DNA of 64,000 nt, from positions 224,001-288,000 of the forward strand of contig CAVVLO010000002.1 of assembly GCA_963749155.1 (NCBI GenBank), given 5' to 3'. A program made the translations under genes and the position numbers. Under the pieces are notes generated by a model. That model saw nothing but the letters and a program-made list of their open reading frames with translations, was not told where the DNA came from and ran no database searches. Shown in pieces: positions 9,540 through 20,155 of this stretch; position 1 is the first letter of the stretch; every line of letters begins with the position of its first letter. This stretch comes from an uncultured Armatimonadia bacterium. Its GTDB lineage: Bacteria > Armatimonadota > Zipacnadia > CAVVLO01.

Positions 9540-12500
9540 TCAGCGCTTCAACTCGTAGGTCTGCGCGCGCCACGGCATCAGATTGAGTTTGCTGCCCGAT
9601 TCCAGGCTCTCAGTAAGGGCCAGGTTGCTTGCAGCGGTAACCTCCCGGCAGGTTGCGCTAACCTTGGCAGGACTCATATTAACAAGGCGTAGCCACAGCT
9701 TGCCCTCCTGAGGGAAGAGCGCCAGTACTTGGGTCTCAGCTCCAGCTTGCTCCAAGTCTACGAAGGAACCTTGCATCGGTGCGCTGCCACCGGTTCCGGT
9801 GAATTCGATGGCATAAAGCGGTGCATAAAACGCTTGCGCCTGTTGTTGCACCCAGGGCCGGTCGGTCTTGCCTGCATATGGGATCAACGCAAACTCCTGA
9901 TCCCAGGCGCCGGTGAGGAAGTTGTCCCCCCAGACATATTCGCCGCTGTAGGCAAGTAGGAGTTCCAGTGTCCCACCTACCGCCCGGTAACCAGACGAGC
10001 CGCGGTTCGCAATCGCAAGGCCCAGGTTGTCCTGCTCCAGGCCAGCCCACATATTCGCGTCGATGTCTACTGTCTTGGCGGGCAACTCGGAGATTATTAG
10101 AGGCAGATGACGTACCTTCGTAGGATAGCTACGTCCCCACACATAATCCCCTGCATATTTGGGATCAGCCAGAGTCGTCGCCAGGCTGTACCGCAGCTTC
10201 TCATCATGCTTGTGAGCGCGATACGAGCGCCTTTCCTGAGGCGTCTCTCCCTTGTCCGGACAACCGATACGCGTGCCCCGAGGCACATCTAGACTAACTG
10301 TAAGGCCGATCTTGGGATCACCTTCAGTGAAGTGATAGGTCAGCTTGTAACCAACTACCCCGACCCGGCCCTGTTCGACAACTTCCCAGTAGTCAGAGCC
10401 AGCAGCCGTAAGCTGCGCGCTGCCCTGGGAATAAGCCCAGTCGCTGTCTATCACGCCTGAAAGGGTGCCTGTCCGCACTCCGGGAGCGATCAGTTCCTTA
10501 CCAAGCTGTTTGTCGAAAAGCCGCGTCAGGCCACCGGTCGGCGCCCACTCGACGGTATAGCGGTCCGTCTCCAGCTTCAATTGGTCCGACTGCGAAGCCG
10601 CCGGTTGCAAGGCTTCCTCGGTCGAGAAGACCTTATACCCAAGCGCCGGGACGTCTTTTGCGACCAGTATACGGCCATCAGAGAGCGCCACTTTCTCCGT
10701 GCGTGGCTGGGCCGTTGGGTTGAAGACGAACACCGAGGGCCCCTTTGCCTCCGTCTGCTGTGCCAGATAAGTTGCAACCTCTTTGGCAAGCGCACCTGAG
10801 AGTTGCTCGGAGGGCACTGTGAAGTCGCGTCCTTCATCGTAGATAGCGCAGATGAGCGTATCGTGATGCTCGGCTATCAACAGTTGCTTCCAGGCCTCAT
10901 CCAGTCGCTGTTGATGTTCGGCAGTCCATTGGAATCCACTTCGGATTGCCCCTACTGCTAGCGCCTCGGCTGTCAAGGCTTTGCTTGAGGCAACGCGAGG
11001 GTTGGTCCAGGTGCGGTTGCCGGTATAGCCCCAGGGCTGCTGGGTGCTGAAGTCGTTTGGCCCGACTTGCCAGTCAACAGGCTCTATTCCAGCCTCAGTC
11101 AGAATTGCAAAATAGTCCTCATTCGTAACCCACTCGGTCCCCTGGCTTGAATGTCCAGCAGCGTCCTTCAGCAGTTGCTCACTGGGCCGCGTATACCAGT
11201 CCTCGCAGCGTGAAATGACCGGGTGGCTGATACCTCTGGCAAGCACCTCGGATTTCCAGTGCTCGACCTCCTTCCAGGTGGACGCAGCCCCGGTATTCCA
11301 TTCGATGCCAGGCTCGTAGTTGATGATGAGCCACTCGTTGCCGAGTCCATCGTTCTGGCGCACTGTATAAGCAGGTACCGAGAGGATCCGACTGCCATCT
11401 GGGCCTGTCCAGTTGACCAGGTCGGCATCCTTGTATGGACCATCTCCCCCGTAGGTCATATGGGTGCGGAATATGGCCCCCTCATAGCCCATCCCCGCAA
11501 GCACCTGGGGCAGCTGGGGCATCGTCTCATGCTCGCTATACATATAGATGGTGTTATCGTAGCCGAAGTGTTCCTTGATGGAGCGAGTGCCGTAGAAGAG
11601 CTGGCGGATGCCAGATTCTTCAGAAATAAAGGTGAAATAGGGCTGCCCATAGGAGCCTCCGCCCGGTACCCAGCGCCCCTGATATTTCTGGAGCCAGCCA
11701 CGCGCCTCGTCCATAAAGGTCGGATCGTTTTGCTCCAGCCAGTCGAGGGTATATCCCTCGGCTTGCAGCCCGATTCGCAGTTCCGGATGACTTTCCAGGT
11801 CTTCCACCGACCGCCGGGCTTCTTTCTGGATCTTCGGATACCCAACAGCATGATCATAACTGATCAGATAGAGTGGCCCCGAGGCTGGATCTGGCAGTGG
11901 TTTCACGTTCGAGATCACCTTTCCCGAGGCGACCAACGCCTCTGTTTTGCTTACAAGTCCAGACAGCTGCTGATTTATGTCAGCAGCGCGCGCATCGCCC
12001 GCCCAGAGCGCTACGAGATAATCCTTCCCGAAGTCCTGGACACTGCCGCACCCTGTATACCAGTAGTTGCCCCCATCAGTGTAGAGCTGCAACTGGCGCG
12101 TCTTGCCGAACCAGAGGTCACGCTGAAAGGGATAGGCCACAGCGAAGGCAGCCCCGCTCTCTGGATCGTCCAGCATCAGCCAGGGCTCAGAACGCGAGAA
12201 TTCGCCAAATCGCTCGGGGCCACCCCAGGCGCGCGCGCCAACATAGAATTCGCGCTGCTTGTCCGGCAGCGTCCCCTCGTACCGCAGCCGCGCATCTCCC
12301 GTGCAGGAATAATGGCTGAGAAAATCGACATCCACGTCCAGCTTTGGCCCCAGGCGTACCAGCACGGCCTTGCCGGGCCATCCGTTGGCCCCATACATCG
12401 ACTGAATGATTACGCCCTCGTCCAGGCAGTAAAACTGAGCCAGGTGCCGGCCTCCGGTCGCCTCGTCAAGCTGGCAACGCGAGGTTACCAGCACGCCCTC

Positions 12501-12800
12501 GGGCCAGGGCTGGATGGCAAGCACCGGTTTTACGGCACTGGTAGAAGGCAACTGTCCCGAGTCTGTGTTATAGCCGAACCAGCCAAACTCGCCTTTAGGC
12601 CGCATCACCGAACGCCATTCGCCCGAGCCTGGCAGTCGCACCAGCATATCGAAGACACCGCGATCGCGTTCAAGAACCAACTTAAAGGATTTCCCAATAA
12701 TAGAAATCGCTTTGGCATCCTCGACGACCGTCGGTTTGGAATAACCCGGCCAGGCCAGCACAGCTAGTAAACCGATAACCAGCATGGCCAGTGGTCTCAT
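9540..12800 (-). CDS. Secreted GH38 (alpha-mannosidase)-like protein with an N-terminal extension
   Basis: GH38-like segments SEESGIRQLFYG, PQLPQVLAGMGY, WTGPDGSRI, LIAEHHD, VFVFNP, DVPALGY; signal peptide. Confidence 0.7.
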   Translation of the reverse strand: MRPLAMLVIGLLAVLAWPGYSKPTVVEDAKAISIIGKSFKLVLERDRGVFDMLVRLPGSGEWRSVMRPKGEFGWFGYNTDSGQLPSTSAVKPVLAIQPWPEGVLVTSRCQLDEATGGRHLAQFYCLDEGVIIQSMYGANGWPGKAVLVRLGPKLDVDVDFLSHYSCTGDARLRYEGTLPDKQREFYVGARAWGGPERFGEFSRSEPWLMLDDPESGAAFAVAYPFQRDLWFGKTRQLQLYTDGGNYWYTGCGSVQDFGKDYLVALWAGDARAADINQQLSGLVSKTEALVASGKVISNVKPLPDPASGPLYLISYDHAVGYPKIQKEARRSVEDLESHPELRIGLQAEGYTLDWLEQNDPTFMDEARGWLQKYQGRWVPGGGSYGQPYFTFISEESGIRQLFYGTRSIKEHFGYDNTIYMYSEHETMPQLPQVLAGMGYEGAIFRTHMTYGGDGPYKDADLVNWTGPDGSRILSVPAYTVRQNDGLGNEWLIINYEPGIEWNTGAASTWKEVEHWKSEVLARGISHPVISRCEDWYTRPSEQLLKDAAGHSSQGTEWVTNEDYFAILTEAGIEPVDWQVGPNDFSTQQPWGYTGNRTWTNPRVASSKALTAEALAVGAIRSGFQWTAEHQQRLDEAWKQLLIAEHHDTLICAIYDEGRDFTVPSEQLSGALAKEVATYLAQQTEAKGPSVFVFNPTAQPRTEKVALSDGRILVAKDVPALGYKVFSTEEALQPAASQSDQLKLETDRYTVEWAPTGGLTRLFDKQLGKELIAPGVRTGTLSGVIDSDWAYSQGSAQLTAAGSDYWEVVEQGRVGVVGYKLTYHFTEGDPKIGLTVSLDVPRGTRIGCPDKGETPQERRSYRAHKHDEKLRYSLATTLADPKYAGDYVWGRSYPTKVRHLPLIISELPAKTVDIDANMWAGLEQDNLGLAIANRGSSGYRAVGGTLELLLAYSGEYVWGDNFLTGAWDQEFALIPYAGKTDRPWVQQQAQAFYAPLYAIEFTGTGGSAPMQGSFVDLEQAGAETQVLALFPQEGKLWLRLVNMSPAKVSATCREVTAASNLALTESLESGSKLNLMPWRAQTYELKR

Positions 12801-14194
12801 CCGATGACAACCTTGTCAAAGCCAGCCAGATCAGCCAGATCCCCTAGTGCGCAAGCTCGCTCGCCTGGTATCAAGGCTGAATGGTGGCTTCCGCCGGCCT
12901 TGCTATACGCGGTCAGGAACTCGCCAACCGGTATGCGCGGCTTCAGTTTGAAGTGCGGCATAGTCATACTCTCCAGGACTGGGAACTCTGGTATGTCCAC
13001 CTCGGCGATAGTCAGACGGAAGCTCCCCTTCCCCACTGCGACGAGATTAGCCAGTGTCGCTGGCCCGGTCTGGAATCCGCCCATCACAATCACGGGGTCA
13101 GCCAGGTCGCCAAACTTGAAAGGCACCGCTTGCAGCCTGGCTCGCTTTCCAGCAAGCGCTGGGTTGCACTCGCCCATATGTGCCATCAGTAAGGTGTCGC
13201 CTTGCCAATCTGGACAGAACATCTCGGTAAACATCGCCCCACCGAAAGCTCTCATAACAGTGGCCACCAGGCTTGCGCACGCCACATCGCCCTCGCCAGC
13301 ATAACCAAGGCCCTCGGCCTGCAGTTTGCTGACACCAAGAAACGGCACCGTTGGCATATCCGGGACGTCGTTGAACGCCATAAAATGCATCGCGAAGGCA
13401 TCCAGGTCATAGACCTTGATCGCCTTTTTCAATCCTAACCCGGCGCGTACAGAGGCCGCATGCAGCGTAGCATCCAGGTCTGCGGGCGCCGTAAACCTGG
13501 CCAGGTCTGCCTGGCGTTCGGTCTCAACCTCGGCTTCACTGACCTCCTGGGCGAATCTGGCCACTTCGCGTGGGTCTAGGTTCACAACTTGCGGTCCTGC
13601 CACAAGCTGCAATTCGGTGAAACCGACGCTGAAGTCGCCCATCCCCTCGAACGGATTGCCAAGGAGTCCAACGCGCAAACGCTTCAGTTGCTCAGCAGCA
13701 GCAGCAACTCGCGCCCAGGCAATCGCTCCTTCGACCAGTGCCGGATCATCCAGCGCGCCACTGATAATCTGGTAACGCTTCCCGGCGCGCAGCAGGATGT
13801 TCGCCAGGTCCTGCGCGCCATGGATGCCGTGATTCTCCAGTATGTGCTGGCCTGTCAGAGTCTCGTCCAGATATGAGTCAGGAGTGGTGTTGAGCAGCAA
13901 AAGGGGCAGTCTTGTCCGAGTGAGTGCCGAAGCCGATATCAGGCTGGGCGCGTAAGAAAGGTGCAACACCATCAGCGCCTCGGTCCCGGCCGCCTCGAAA
14001 CCTGCTACTGCAGCGTCTACCTGCTCGCGTGTGTTACAGACCGGCGCCAGGGCTAGCTCAAGCTTGCCCTTGAAGGCTTCAGCGACCTTCTGGGCAAAAC
14101 TGGCCTGAAGTGGCTTCAGTTCGGGTACCGCGGCATCGTAAAGCTCGAGCATCAACGGCAGCAGTCCAACTTTCGGCAGTCGGTCTTCCATCAT
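12797..14194 (-). CDS. L-arabinose/L-fucose isomerase-family protein
   Basis: YAPS, HGIHGAQDLANIL, GYAGEGD, FTEMF, HMGE, GGSHH motifs. Confidence 0.8.
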   Translation of the reverse strand: MMEDRLPKVGLLPLMLELYDAAVPELKPLQASFAQKVAEAFKGKLELALAPVCNTREQVDAAVAGFEAAGTEALMVLHLSYAPSLISASALTRTRLPLLLLNTTPDSYLDETLTGQHILENHGIHGAQDLANILLRAGKRYQIISGALDDPALVEGAIAWARVAAAAEQLKRLRVGLLGNPFEGMGDFSVGFTELQLVAGPQVVNLDPREVARFAQEVSEAEVETERQADLARFTAPADLDATLHAASVRAGLGLKKAIKVYDLDAFAMHFMAFNDVPDMPTVPFLGVSKLQAEGLGYAGEGDVACASLVATVMRAFGGAMFTEMFCPDWQGDTLLMAHMGECNPALAGKRARLQAVPFKFGDLADPVIVMGGFQTGPATLANLVAVGKGSFRLTIAEVDIPEFPVLESMTMPHFKLKPRIPVGEFLTAYSKAGGSHHSALIPGERACALGDLADLAGFDKVVIG

Positions 14195-14213
14195 CAAACG
14201 CCTCCCATTGGCG

Positions 14214-15245
14214 CTAGCGAGCTACAAGTGGCGGTATCAGCCGCCAGGCGTTGTCAAATAACACTGAGTCCACTTCGTCCTGGGTCAGTCCAGCCCTCTC
14301 GGCACCAATACGCAGCCCCTTTAGGGCCTCGTAAATAAAGTAGGTAAAGTCAGCTTCCACCTCGGGCGGTTGCCTGTCCTTGTTCCAGGGGAAGTCGCCA
14401 CTCACGATATTGCGATAAGTCTCGCCTTCCCAAACTCGGTAACCTCGCATCCGGGACAGCACCGGAAAATCAGTGCCCCAGAGAATCCTTTGCGGGCCAA
14501 GGACTTGAAAGGCCAGTTCAAACACGTCAGGATTCAACACCGCGCAGCAATCAAACAATATCCGGTCTGCTTCGGCAAGCTCGGGAAACGCTGCTTCTGC
14601 GAAGGGCAAACAATAGGAGCGCCCCAGGTGAGCTATTACCAGCCTGGCTTTGCGATACTGCTGGTTCCAGCGTTTCAGCACTTCCAAAGTATGCTTGTCC
14701 CGCAGACGTTCCGCCCCCGGCACATGCACCGTCGCCATAAGACCAAGCTCGTCCAGCACTTCGACATGCTGTTCTGGAAGCATCTCTTCCAGTGCTACTT
14801 CCGCCTCAGGCTTGCCGGTAAGCCCCCAATAAGGCTTCACTCCGCAAAATTGGCCCTGTACCAGCACATCACGCAAGTGCTCTTGTGACCAGTTTGGGTC
14901 CAGCACTGCAAGTGCCCAACTCTGCTTCCCATCTGCAACTGACGCCGAGTAGGCATTAGCGGTCTCGATATTCGTGCCTTTCGACACCGGCCCAAAATGC
15001 AGTCGAAAAACTTCGCTCTGGGGAAATAGCTTCTCATAGTCAGCCTCCATATCTTCTGCAAGATACTGAGGATAAGAGACTGCGTTCGCCCAGTTCGACT
15101 GGATTAACTCCTCGGTAAGCTGAGGGCAATCCTGGTCACGCTTGACATGCGTGTGGGCATCGAAGAGCTTTGAAGGCAGCCAACTTCCCAGCTCTTTATC
15201 GTAAAAGTCGCGGTCTACTTCTCGCCACGCAAGCAGATCTTCCAT
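14214..15245 (-). CDS. Amidohydrolase-family protein (amidohydro_2)
   Basis: FDAHTH, GVKPY, VIAHLGR, RILWGTDFP, DNAWRL. Confidence 0.82.
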   Translation of the reverse strand: MEDLLAWREVDRDFYDKELGSWLPSKLFDAHTHVKRDQDCPQLTEELIQSNWANAVSYPQYLAEDMEADYEKLFPQSEVFRLHFGPVSKGTNIETANAYSASVADGKQSWALAVLDPNWSQEHLRDVLVQGQFCGVKPYWGLTGKPEAEVALEEMLPEQHVEVLDELGLMATVHVPGAERLRDKHTLEVLKRWNQQYRKARLVIAHLGRSYCLPFAEAAFPELAEADRILFDCCAVLNPDVFELAFQVLGPQRILWGTDFPVLSRMRGYRVWEGETYRNIVSGDFPWNKDRQPPEVEADFTYFIYEALKGLRIGAERAGLTQDEVDSVLFDNAWRLIPPLVAR

Positions 15246-15248
15246 TAA

Positions 15249-16739
15249 CTACTCCTTTGCGTAAAGCACCGTATAAGCCTTCTCAAAACGCTCATAACAC
15301 GCTTCGTAGCCAGGCCCCAAAGCAGCCTCTGGCTCGAAGAGCCGGTCAGCCGAATACCAGGCTGTGGCGGCGTCTTCGATTGATGTAAAATGGCCAGACC
15401 CCACCGCGGCAAGCAAAGCAGCGCCCAGGGAGGCTGCCTCCGAGCAGGCAGGACGCTCCACTGGCAATCCAGTCACATCAGCCAGTATCTGCAGCCATAA
15501 AGCGCTTTTGGCGCCTCCACCAAGTGCCCGGATGATCTCGCAAGGCCCAGCTACGGCTGCCAATCTTTCTACATGTTCGCGCAGGCAGAAAGCGATTGAT
15601 TCCAGAATAGCCCGCACCAGATGGCCGCGCGTATGAGCAAGTGACAATCCGATGAAAGCTCCTCGTGCCTCGGCATTGAAGTCAGGTGAAGCCGTCCCAG
15701 TCAGGTGAGGCAGCATTATCAATCCTTCAGCGCCTGGTTGCACCCTGGCAGCTTCCTCATCAAGCTCGTGAAAAGTACTAGCTTCTCCTGCCAGCGTATT
15801 GCGGAACCAGGCCAGTGCCATTGCTGCCGTCTGCGTAAAAGATAACAAGCCATGCAAGCCCTCGACGGCATGCGCTCCGAAGCTGACGCCAAAACGCCAG
15901 CTAGCTGGAGCTTGTTCACTACTTGCCATCACCGCTAGTGCGGTACCCAGATTGGCGCTAACCAGTCCGCATCGCACATTGCCCGCTCCCAGCATCGCCG
16001 TCGTCTGGTCGTTTGCGCCTACTACGACCAACGTCTCACTGGCTAGCCCAAGCCTGGCCGCGACTACTGGTAGTATCCTGCCCACAACCTCGCCCGACTT
16101 GCCTATACGTGGAAGCTGTTCAGGCGTCACACCCACCACTTCGAGCATCTCCGGCCACCAGTCGCCTGTGCCTTCGTCCATTAGCGCCATCGAACTCAGA
16201 TCCTGGGGATCGCCAACCAGTTCGCCGGTCAGTTGCCAGATCAGATAATCAGGCAGCATCAAGTATTTGGCAGTCCTCGCGAAGACTTCAGGCTGATGAC
16301 GAGCTAGCCACATTATCTTGGGCGCCGAGGCTATCTCGTTAAAATTCGGTACGCCGGTCCGCTGGTAGAATTCCTCTCTGCTGAACTTTTCAGCCAGCCT
16401 TCGAGTCTCTTCGGTTGCCCGGGTATCGAGCCAGCTGAGCGCGTTGGTCAGGGGATTCATCCCCTCATCGAAGGCAGCGAAGGTCTGCCCCTGGCTTGAG
16501 AGCCCAATAGCGAGCACTGCTTCAGGTTGCTGTCCAGCCAGGCACTCTGCAACTCCTGCCGAGAAAGCCTCGAAATAGCGCTCTACAGGTAGTTCCACGA
16601 AACCAGGCCTGGGCTTGTGCAGCTCATAACTCTGACTGGATAGCGCAATCAGCTTGCCCTCGGCGGTGAATAGTCCAACCTTCATCGCCGTGGTGCCAAT
16701 ATCTACCGACAGAAACAGTTCTGGGCAAGGACTGCTCAT
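15249..16739 (-). CDS. FGGY-family carbohydrate kinase (xylulokinase-like)
   Basis: DIGTTAMK, SWLDTR, GANDQ, ARGAFIGL, GGGAKS, ASLGAALLA. Confidence 0.9.
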   Translation of the reverse strand: MSSPCPELFLSVDIGTTAMKVGLFTAEGKLIALSSQSYELHKPRPGFVELPVERYFEAFSAGVAECLAGQQPEAVLAIGLSSQGQTFAAFDEGMNPLTNALSWLDTRATEETRRLAEKFSREEFYQRTGVPNFNEIASAPKIMWLARHQPEVFARTAKYLMLPDYLIWQLTGELVGDPQDLSSMALMDEGTGDWWPEMLEVVGVTPEQLPRIGKSGEVVGRILPVVAARLGLASETLVVVGANDQTTAMLGAGNVRCGLVSANLGTALAVMASSEQAPASWRFGVSFGAHAVEGLHGLLSFTQTAAMALAWFRNTLAGEASTFHELDEEAARVQPGAEGLIMLPHLTGTASPDFNAEARGAFIGLSLAHTRGHLVRAILESIAFCLREHVERLAAVAGPCEIIRALGGGAKSALWLQILADVTGLPVERPACSEAASLGAALLAAVGSGHFTSIEDAATAWYSADRLFEPEAALGPGYEACYERFEKAYTVLYAKE

Positions 16740-17530
16740 CCCTCACGTCCCGAGCGCCAGAATTCCATAAGAAAACGTGCTCCTACCTCTACTGCCGCCT
16801 CCAATATCACCTTGCCGGTCTCAGCGCTTGCCACCAGCGGGTCTCCATAGATCCCCTGCACGCTTGGCTGCAGGTACCAGGTGGACCAGGTTACCTTCTG
16901 ACTGCCCTCGAAGTTGTCTCCCGCGACGAATTCCGACTGGTAACGCATAATGTCCTCTGAGGTGGCTTTGGAAAGGTCTACTACTTCAGGGCTGATATGC
17001 ATCACAAGTGATGTCTCCCATTCTCCCCCGTGAATGGAACCACCTCGCGGAGACTTCCGGATGGCCTGATAAGCGGGTGTCGAGAGCTTTGCCGGACTCA
17101 AAATTGCTATCGGTTTATCTTTCGCATCACACAGTTCGCGCGATACCACATTGAGGGCGCCACTGTGATGGCCATGACAGTCGAGGAGTGCGATTTTAGT
17201 GAAACCCATCTCCATCAGCGAATTGCACAAGTCGTAGATATAGTCCATAAACACCCGGCTCCGCACGATAATTGTGCCAGGCCAGTTGCGCATTATCTTC
17301 ATCGAGTAGCCATAACGCACCGTGTCAAGCAGCAGCAACGGCAACTGGCCCTCTAAGGCTGCCGCCAGCCCAGCCCCATAAGCCTCGGCGATGCGCGCAT
17401 CGGTATCTACCGGTAAATGCGTTCCGTGCTCTTCCGTAGTGCCTATTGGCAATATCAATAGTGAGTCCTGCCTGAGATGCTCCGCCAGGCTCGCGGTGTT
17501 CTGGTCTCTGTACAGGTAACTCATCATCAT
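16736..17530 (-). CDS. Creatininase-family hydrolase
   Basis: LPIGTTEEHGTHLPVDTD, WPGT, DCHGHH, HGGEWETS, GIYGDP. Confidence 0.88.
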   Translation of the reverse strand: MMMSYLYRDQNTASLAEHLRQDSLLILPIGTTEEHGTHLPVDTDARIAEAYGAGLAAALEGQLPLLLLDTVRYGYSMKIMRNWPGTIIVRSRVFMDYIYDLCNSLMEMGFTKIALLDCHGHHSGALNVVSRELCDAKDKPIAILSPAKLSTPAYQAIRKSPRGGSIHGGEWETSLVMHISPEVVDLSKATSEDIMRYQSEFVAGDNFEGSQKVTWSTWYLQPSVQGIYGDPLVASAETGKVILEAAVEVGARFLMEFWRSGREG

Positions 17531-17539
17531 AACCTCACT

Positions 17540-18661
17540 CTAGACCTTCTGCCAGGTGCCGGTCTCGGCTGAATGTTCCATTACAGCTAGTGTATGTTGC
17601 ATCGAAAGCCCATGTGCAATCGAAGGCTCGCCTTGTTGTCCTGCTGCGATAGCCTCGATGAAAGTGAAAATCGAATGGATATGCCCTCTCAGCCAGCCCG
17701 GGGTAGCTTTGGGGGTAGGAAAGCTCGCCGGTTTCTCATATCGCTGCACGGTAGCTATCTTCTTCCATCCTCTGGTGCCCCCAAGTGGGCTTTCAGGATC
17801 TCGCATGTCATAGGCTTCGAGCCAACTCGTGTCCATCAGATTGAAGCGTAAAGCCCCCTGAGTGCCGTGTATCTCAAATCGCATCTCGTCTTCGGCACCT
17901 GTTGCGATTTTTGAGGCTTCGATTGTTCCCACCGCGCCGTTAGCAAGCTTGCATAAAGCTACCACATTGTCTTCTGCATCAACAGTTATCCGCTCATCAT
18001 GCCAGATGCGCTCGGGATAGAGAATATGCGTCGCTGTCATCACACTCTCCAGCGGACCTAACAACCAGACCATTAGATCCAGGATGTGTGATCCCAGGTC
18101 CTGCAGTACTCCCCCGCCTTCTGACTTCATCTGCTTCCAGCCCATTGGGCGGCTCGCATCGAGGCTGCCGGCATGCAGATATGCTCCCCGAAAACCTGTG
18201 ATTTCACCGAGGAATCCTTCGTCGATAAGCTGCCTGGCCTTCAGCGGGGCTGGATAGAAACGATTGTGGAAGGAGACCTGGCCAATTCCATGCCAGGTTT
18301 TCATGGCCTCAGCCACCTGAATCGCTTCCGCATCACTCACTACGAGAGGCTTTTCGCAGTAGATGTGTTTGCCTGCCTTCATTGCAGCCACAAGCTGCTC
18401 GGCGTGCATTCTGTTTGGAGAACAGATATCTATAATATCGACATCTTCACGTTCTATCAGTGCGTGCCAGTCACAGGTCCACGACTCAAAGCCTCCCTGG
18501 CTGGCCGCCTTGCGAGCAGCTGTCTCATTCAGGTCCGCAACTGCCACCTGCCTTATCTCAACCGGAAGTGGATCATAAAAAAGTGGCAAGCTACGATAAC
18601 AATGAGTATGGGTTTTCCCCATAAAACCAAATCCGATCATACCAATACCAAGTGGCTTCAT
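17540..18661 (-). CDS. Gfo/Idh/MocA-family oxidoreductase
   Basis: GFGFMG, HIYCEKP, GGGVLQDLGSHILD. Confidence 0.9.
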   Translation of the reverse strand: MKPLGIGMIGFGFMGKTHTHCYRSLPLFYDPLPVEIRQVAVADLNETAARKAASQGGFESWTCDWHALIEREDVDIIDICSPNRMHAEQLVAAMKAGKHIYCEKPLVVSDAEAIQVAEAMKTWHGIGQVSFHNRFYPAPLKARQLIDEGFLGEITGFRGAYLHAGSLDASRPMGWKQMKSEGGGVLQDLGSHILDLMVWLLGPLESVMTATHILYPERIWHDERITVDAEDNVVALCKLANGAVGTIEASKIATGAEDEMRFEIHGTQGALRFNLMDTSWLEAYDMRDPESPLGGTRGWKKIATVQRYEKPASFPTPKATPGWLRGHIHSIFTFIEAIAAGQQGEPSIAHGLSMQHTLAVMEHSAETGTWQKV

Positions 18662-20149
18662 TCCTGGTCCTCCCCAAGCCCGACTCCAGAGGCATATAGC
18701 AACTCACAACTGGCTCGGTAATTCTGATAGTACCTTGCATATCTGTCTACTTCCGAGGCTCTTGGTTCAAACCGCCTGGCCGGGCGGTGCCAGGCAAGCG
18801 AGGCTTCTTTTAGACTTGCGAATTGCCCGATTCCCGTTGCGGCAAGCATCGCTGCGCCAACTGAAGCCGCACTCGGGCACACTGGCTGCTCTACGGGAAC
18901 CCCTAACACATCAGCCTTCACCTGCAGCCAGAAACCACTTGCAGCCGCCCTGCCCAGTGAGCGCACCTCTGACACCGAGACGCCGGATTCTGTGACTGGC
19001 AGCAAACAGTCTTTCAGCAAATAGGCGGTTGCTTCAACCATCGCTCTGGCTATGTGACCGCGTCCATGCGCCAGATTTAGTCCTAGCAGCGCCCCTCTTG
19101 CCCGGGGGATAGGCTTCGGCAGTGTAACTCCCTCGAAACCCGGCAGTACCAGCAAGCCTTCCGAACCGGCCGGGACAGCCTCAGCCTGCGCCAGCAGCTC
19201 CTGGATTGTGATAGAAGGACGAGACCACTCTCTTAGCCACGAGAGCAGTACCCCAGAGACCTGGGCATAAGGCATCAGATAACTAAGGCCAGGCACCGCG
19301 TGGTTGCCAAGATAAACCGGTGCGCCTTCAAGCGGCTCTGCGAGGGTAACAATGCCCGCAAGCGCTGTACCTGTTGTCTCGGACACCAATCCAGCTTCGA
19401 CATTCCCGACTCCAAGTGCTCCGGCCAGTTGATCATTGCATCCAAGACAGACTGGTGTACCCTCAGGCACTCCGAGCAGATCGCGCAGGCTCGTTCAGCA
19501 GTTTCCCTGCCAGTCTGCCGGGCTCTGCAATAGCCGACAATTGCCCGCTCGTCACTCCAGCGATTGCCAGCAGCTCTGGCGACCATTGTTTTGTCTGCTT
19601 GTCCATCAGTCCGCTCATCTGGCCAATCACATAATCAGTCATAAACTCGCCAGTCAGGCGCCAGATGAGGTAGTCGGGCAGTTGGGGGAACTTCCACGCG
19701 CTGTGGACGCCGGGAGCATGGTGTGCAAGCCAGGCCAGCTTGAATACTGTCAAAGCCGCGGGTATGCCTGGATAGCCTGTCAGTTGCTGAAAATGGTCTG
19801 CTGAGAGCCCCTGGTCCACCAGACCCTCCGCAATCCCCTGCGCCCGGTTATCTACCCAGACGATAGCATCGGAAAGTGGCCTGCCCTTCGGGTCCAGAGG
19901 TACGAAAGTCTGCCCCTGCGAGCTAAAGCCAATAGCCAGCACTTCCTGTCCAGCGGCAGCGTCAAGCACTTCTCGCGCGCCAGCAAGCAGTGCCTGCCAA
20001 TAAGTGTCAGGGGCCATCTCGGCCCAACCTGGCCTGGCCGCGCGAAATTGATATTCCTGGCTTGAGAGCGCCAAAACTTCACCCTCGTCGCTAACGAGAG
20101 CGGTCTTCAGCGCCGTAGTGCCCAGGTCAAAGGTCAGATAGCTTGCCAT
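18658..20149 (-). CDS. Second FGGY carbohydrate kinase (split by a 1-nt insertion near 19480)
   Basis: ORF 19463-20149 (DLGTTALK, N-domain) and ORF 18658-19470 (GCNDQ, ARGALLGL, C-domain) join as NEPAR-LLGVPEG when one base is removed. Confidence 0.85.
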
Positions 20150-20155
20150 CGGCCT

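Noticed and set aside
11223..12767. Long antisense ORFs (this 514-aa one, and 33721-34776, 37367-38605, 47240-48496, 56193-57635, 62101-63075)
   Set aside because: They are shadows of well-supported genes on the opposite strand in high-GC DNA and contain no recognisable motifs.
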